A stretch of 64,000 nt of DNA from an uncultured Phycisphaerales bacterium (GTDB lineage Bacteria > Planctomycetota > Phycisphaerae > Tepidisphaerales > Tepidisphaeraceae), in assembly GCA_963755915.1 (NCBI GenBank), contig CAVWLP010000002.1, positions 4,800,001 to 4,864,000 of the forward strand. Reading direction: 5' to 3'. The notes beneath the pieces were generated by a model, which was not told the origin of the DNA, did not search any database, and was given only the letters and a program-made list of their open reading frames with translations. Positions 60,997 to 64,000 of the stretch are shown here, piece after piece; the first letter of the stretch is position 1, and each line of letters opens with the position of its first letter. The translations under genes and the position numbers were made by a program.

Positions 60997-61695
60997 CTAA
61001 TCCATTCCGACTTTCCCCGGCGACCAGTAGGGCCTGATTTTTAAGCGGGATGGGTCGATCCCAATATTGCGCGCGGATGTTCGCAGCCGCCGAATCGATT
61101 GCGCCTTTCCCGTAAGAATTAAATCAATTGGAGTTATTCGCTCGACGGCTTGGCTCAGTGCGGCTTCGCATTTTGGGAAGTGTGCGTCGTCCGCCTCTCG
61201 CTGGATGGTGATCGCGTCGTTGATGTGCAGGGCGTCGAGGACCTGACGGCTTTCGGAGACGGAAGAAAACTCGAAGAGGAAGCGAATGCTCGCCGCGGAC
61301 TTTGGCACTGCGTGCAGGGCGGCGAGGGCGATGGATGTTTCATCGCCGAAGAATATCGCGGGGAGGCGAAGATGGGCGAGGTCCAGGGACTGCTTTGGGC
61401 CGATGAACTGGCAGCGATCGCCGGGATTGATGGAGCGGGCCCAGTTGGTGCCGGGGGCGGTGCGGTGGAGATAGACGAGGATTGATACGGCGCCTTTTGC
61501 GTTGTCCCACGCGAAGGGTGTGTAGGTTCGGGCGGAGAATCGATCGACCCGGATCATGATTTTTTGGCCCGGGGCGAATTGGGCTGATCGCAGGGATTCG
61601 GCTTCCAGTTCGATGAGGCGGAAATTTGGGGTGATCTCGGTGAGGCCACGAATGCGGCCTGCATTTCCGATGATATTGAAGAATAGGCCTTTCAA
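60997..61695 (-). CDS. Siderophore-interacting protein-like FAD-binding oxidoreductase (start uncertain)
   Basis: RTYTP, PG..WA, FFGDETS, PYWSPGK.G.D. Confidence 0.85.
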   Translation of the reverse strand: MKGLFFNIIGNAGRIRGLTEITPNFRLIELEAESLRSAQFAPGQKIMIRVDRFSARTYTPFAWDNAKGAVSILVYLHRTAPGTNWARSINPGDRCQFIGPKQSLDLAHLRLPAIFFGDETSIALAALHAVPKSAASIRFLFEFSSVSESRQVLDALHINDAITIQREADDAHFPKCEAALSQAVERITPIDLILTGKAQSIRRLRTSARNIGIDPSRLKIRPYWSPGKVGMD

Positions 61696-61707
61696 CCGAC
61701 AATGCCT

Positions 61708-62034
61708 TTACGTCTCATTCTGGTATGCCTGAAGGATGGCCGTGATCATCGGGCCGAAGCGCTTCTGAAGTTCGGGGCAGCGGGAATGGTTTTGCAGTTC
61801 CACGCCCTTGCGCTCGCTGCGGATCAGGCCGGCTTCGCGGAGAATCTTGAAGTGCTGGGAAAGCGTCGACTTGGGGACGGGTGTTTTGTTGATGTTCAGG
61901 AATGTTGAGCAATTCTTTGCGCAATCGGCTTTCAGCAGTTGGGCGAAAATGCGCACGCGCACCGGGTCGGACAGGGCGTAGAGGATCCCCTGGACGGTAA
62001 TTTCCTTCAAAGGCGGGTGATAGAGCGGCCGCAT
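61708..62034 (-). CDS. ArsR/SmtB family transcriptional regulator
   Basis: ALSDPVR.RI, PKSTLSQHFKILREAGLI...R.G. Confidence 0.92.
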   Translation of the reverse strand: MRPLYHPPLKEITVQGILYALSDPVRVRIFAQLLKADCAKNCSTFLNINKTPVPKSTLSQHFKILREAGLIRSERKGVELQNHSRCPELQKRFGPMITAILQAYQNET

Positions 62035-62066
62035 AAAAAAATTGTAGCATCGCTTGACCCCTACAG

Positions 62067-62097
62067 TCCATTAGTTCTAGAGTACGGAACCATTGGA
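62067..62097. promoter_or_regulatory. Candidate ArsR operator overlapping divergent promoters
   Basis: Imperfect inverted repeat TCCATTAGTTC-9 nt-GAACCATTGGA between arsR and the SDR gene. Confidence 0.55.
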
Positions 62098-62117
62098 TTA
62101 TAGAAAGGAGCCACAAC

Positions 62118-62852
62118 ATGGCGAAGCTAAACGGCAAAGTCGCGGTAATTACGGGGGCAACCTCGGGGATGGCGCTGGCCACGGCAAAACTGTTCGTGCA
62201 GGAGGGGGCGTATGTGTTTATCACCGGCCGGCGGCCGGAGCAGCTTGACGCGGCGGTGAAGGAGATTGGGAGAAACGTAACTGGAATCCAGGGAGATGCG
62301 GGGAAACTGGCGGACCTGGATCGCCTGTTCGCGGCGGTGAAGGAGAAAAAGGGGCAGATCGACGTGCTTTTCGCCAGTGCGGGGATTGGGGATCTGAACA
62401 GCCCGCTCGGCACGGTTACCGAAAAGGGTTTTGATGATGTGTTCGGCGTGAACGTGCGGGGGACTCTGTTCACGGTGCAGAAGGCGCTGCCGCTTTTACG
62501 GGACGGAGGTTCGATTATTTTGAACGGGTCCATCGCCGGGGTGAAGGGGTTCCCGAATATGAGCGTTTACAACGCCAGCAAAGCCGCGGTGCGATCGTTT
62601 GCGCGAACGTGGGCTGCGGAACTGGCGGGGAGGCAAATTCGCGTGAATGTCATCAGCCCTGGGCCGATTGATACCGCCATATTCGTTGGGAAACCTGCGG
62701 AGGTGAAGGAGCAGTTCAAGTCGTTTGTTCCGCTGGGGCGGCTGGGCAAGTCGGAGGAGATCGCGACTGTGGCGCTGTTCCTGGCGTCGGATGATTCCAG
62801 TTTCATTACCGGGATTGATTTATCGGTTGATGGAGGAGCAACGCAGGTCTGA
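62118..62852 (+). CDS. Short-chain dehydrogenase/reductase
   Basis: TGATSGMA, YNASKAA, IRVNVISPGPIDT, SSFITG..L.VDGG. Confidence 0.95.
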   Translation: MAKLNGKVAVITGATSGMALATAKLFVQEGAYVFITGRRPEQLDAAVKEIGRNVTGIQGDAGKLADLDRLFAAVKEKKGQIDVLFASAGIGDLNSPLGTVTEKGFDDVFGVNVRGTLFTVQKALPLLRDGGSIILNGSIAGVKGFPNMSVYNASKAAVRSFARTWAAELAGRQIRVNVISPGPIDTAIFVGKPAEVKEQFKSFVPLGRLGKSEEIATVALFLASDDSSFITGIDLSVDGGATQV

Positions 62853-62910
62853 GTAGGGGACCACGATTCCGGGGCGGCGCAAAAGCGCACCCCTGCGGGG
62901 TTGCGGCTAA

Positions 62911-63072
62911 GAAGCTGTTTCATAACCTCGCGCGGCCGCTGCTTGCGTCTGGCGAAGGCTGGCGGCGTTGCTCCTCCTCCCCATATTTCCGGTCAATATT
63001 GTTCGTCGTCGCGCCTTGCCAGCATTCGCCAGCCGCGGCGCATCGGCTCGCGGGAGGTTATGAAACAGCTTC
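62911..63072. mobile_element. 162-bp MITE
   Basis: Perfect 19-bp terminal inverted repeats GAAGCTGTTTCATAACCTC; TAA on both flanks; no coding capacity. Confidence 0.85.
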
Positions 63073-63152
63073 TAAACGGGAGGAGGGGTGTCTGGTGTTA
63101 CCTTCGGCCATGAACATCCATTATCGATATGGAAACCATGGCGGAGGAACTC

Positions 63153-64000
63153 ATGCGCAGACGGGCAATGTGGGTCATCGGGCTGGTGATTGCAATCGTC
63201 GCGACAGCGGCGAGCGGCGAAGAGGCGAACCTCGTAAAAAATCCGGACTTTAAAGTCCGCTCGGCCGACGGAATCGCGCCGGCGGATTATGTACTCAGCG
63301 GCGACGTGGAATATCGCTACCTCGGGGACCCGCGTCGCGACTCCGCGCCGTGGGGGGTGGCGCTAAAATCGGGCGGGAGCGCCGGATCGGTTTCGCAGAC
63401 GGTTTTGGGGATCGACGCCAGCGCGGGGCGGTGGTATCGGTTCACGTTCCGGGGGTTGCCGCAGGACAATTTTGCGGTGGGCGATAACGATTTTTCGATG
63501 CGGGTGGAATTTTTTGGGGATTGGGGGAAGACGGCCATGGACGGGAAGAGCCGGGAGATCTACAGCGTTGTGGAGGAGGCGCGGCGGGATTTGAATGTGA
63601 ATGGGGACAATCACCGCAGCGGAGCGGCGGTGTGGCGGACGTATCAGCTCGACTTCTGGCTGCCGTTCGTGCAGGTGGATACCTTGCGGCTGAGCGTGGT
63701 TTTCGGGCACGGCGCGGGCCGGCGGGCGATTGTTTCGGATTTCTATGTGACGGATTTCAGCCTGACGCGATTGGCGGATGCGCCGCCGGGCGAGGCGAAA
63801 GCGACCGGGAATTCGCAGACGCTGACGCAGATATATCCGAAGGGGACGCTGCTGCCGCTGGGCGGAAGGTGGTATTACGAGGCCAAGAGCGGGGAGACGC
63901 AGGCGCCGGCGGTTTTTGATCACAGCAACGCCGATCGATTGCTGTATCACGATGCGAAATGGCAGGCGCCGTTTGACGGAAATATGACTTCGTGGCTGCG
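63153..64000 (+). CDS. Secreted hypothetical protein with carbohydrate-binding-like domain (3' partial, not in the ORF track)
   Basis: SD GGAGG; signal peptide MRRRAMWVIGLVIAIVATAASG; NLVKNPDF, GSVSQTV, RWYRFTF; frame open to the window end. Confidence 0.7.
   Translation, partial: MRRRAMWVIGLVIAIVATAASGEEANLVKNPDFKVRSADGIAPADYVLSGDVEYRYLGDPRRDSAPWGVALKSGGSAGSVSQTVLGIDASAGRWYRFTFRGLPQDNFAVGDNDFSMRVEFFGDWGKTAMDGKSREIYSVVEEARRDLNVNGDNHRSGAAVWRTYQLDFWLPFVQVDTLRLSVVFGHGAGRRAIVSDFYVTDFSLTRLADAPPGEAKATGNSQTLTQIYPKGTLLPLGGRWYYEAKSGETQAPAVFDHSNADRLLYHDAKWQAPFDGNMTSWL

Noticed and set aside
63-63950. Many long overlapping or antisense ORFs in the supplied track (for example 28935..30206, 55619..56773, 48534..49610)
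   Set aside because: Shadow frames of real genes in high-GC DNA, Pro/Arg-rich with no motifs.
1-64000. Widespread frameshifts as true pseudogenes or programmed frameshifting
   Set aside because: They hit conserved genes (ispG, clpC, aroF, sulP) at scattered, often homopolymer-adjacent positions with no other decay, which is typical of long-read indel error. Short in-frame gaps in the AKR and GT2 genes may have the same cause. Needs read polishing to confirm.

Overview
This 64-kb window is GC-rich bacterial chromosome. The gene styles suggest a Planctomycete, probably Phycisphaerae-like (inference only). It mixes housekeeping genes (rex, trxA, cimA, purA, hpt, aroF, ispG, argC, lepB, clpC, tRNA-Pro(TGG), tRNA-Ser(GCT)) with accessory genes: glycosyltransferases, GH74 and GH42 hydrolases, TPR proteins, an ECF sigma/Ser-Thr kinase pair, three PIN-type toxin-antitoxin modules, and ClC and SulP transporters. 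Many genes, including conserved ones, are frameshifted, which most likely reflects long-read indel errors. Highlights missed by the ORF track: (1) a complete ribosome-mediated attenuator upstream of DAHP synthase whose 24-aa leader carries Tyr, Trp and Phe codons together; (2) an Ile-codon attenuator upstream of citramalate synthase; (3) a low-GC operon of a DUF6338-like membrane protein, two paralogous small peptides and a HEPN-like protein cleanly knocked out by an IS21 element; (4) a ~585-bp imperfect inverted repeat filling an intergenic region; (5) a decayed integrative element at tRNA-Ser with hairpin-dense DNA and an orphan ORF; (6) several dispersed repeat families, some inserted in-frame in genes, plus a 162-bp MITE; (7) recurrent apparently leaderless promoters.
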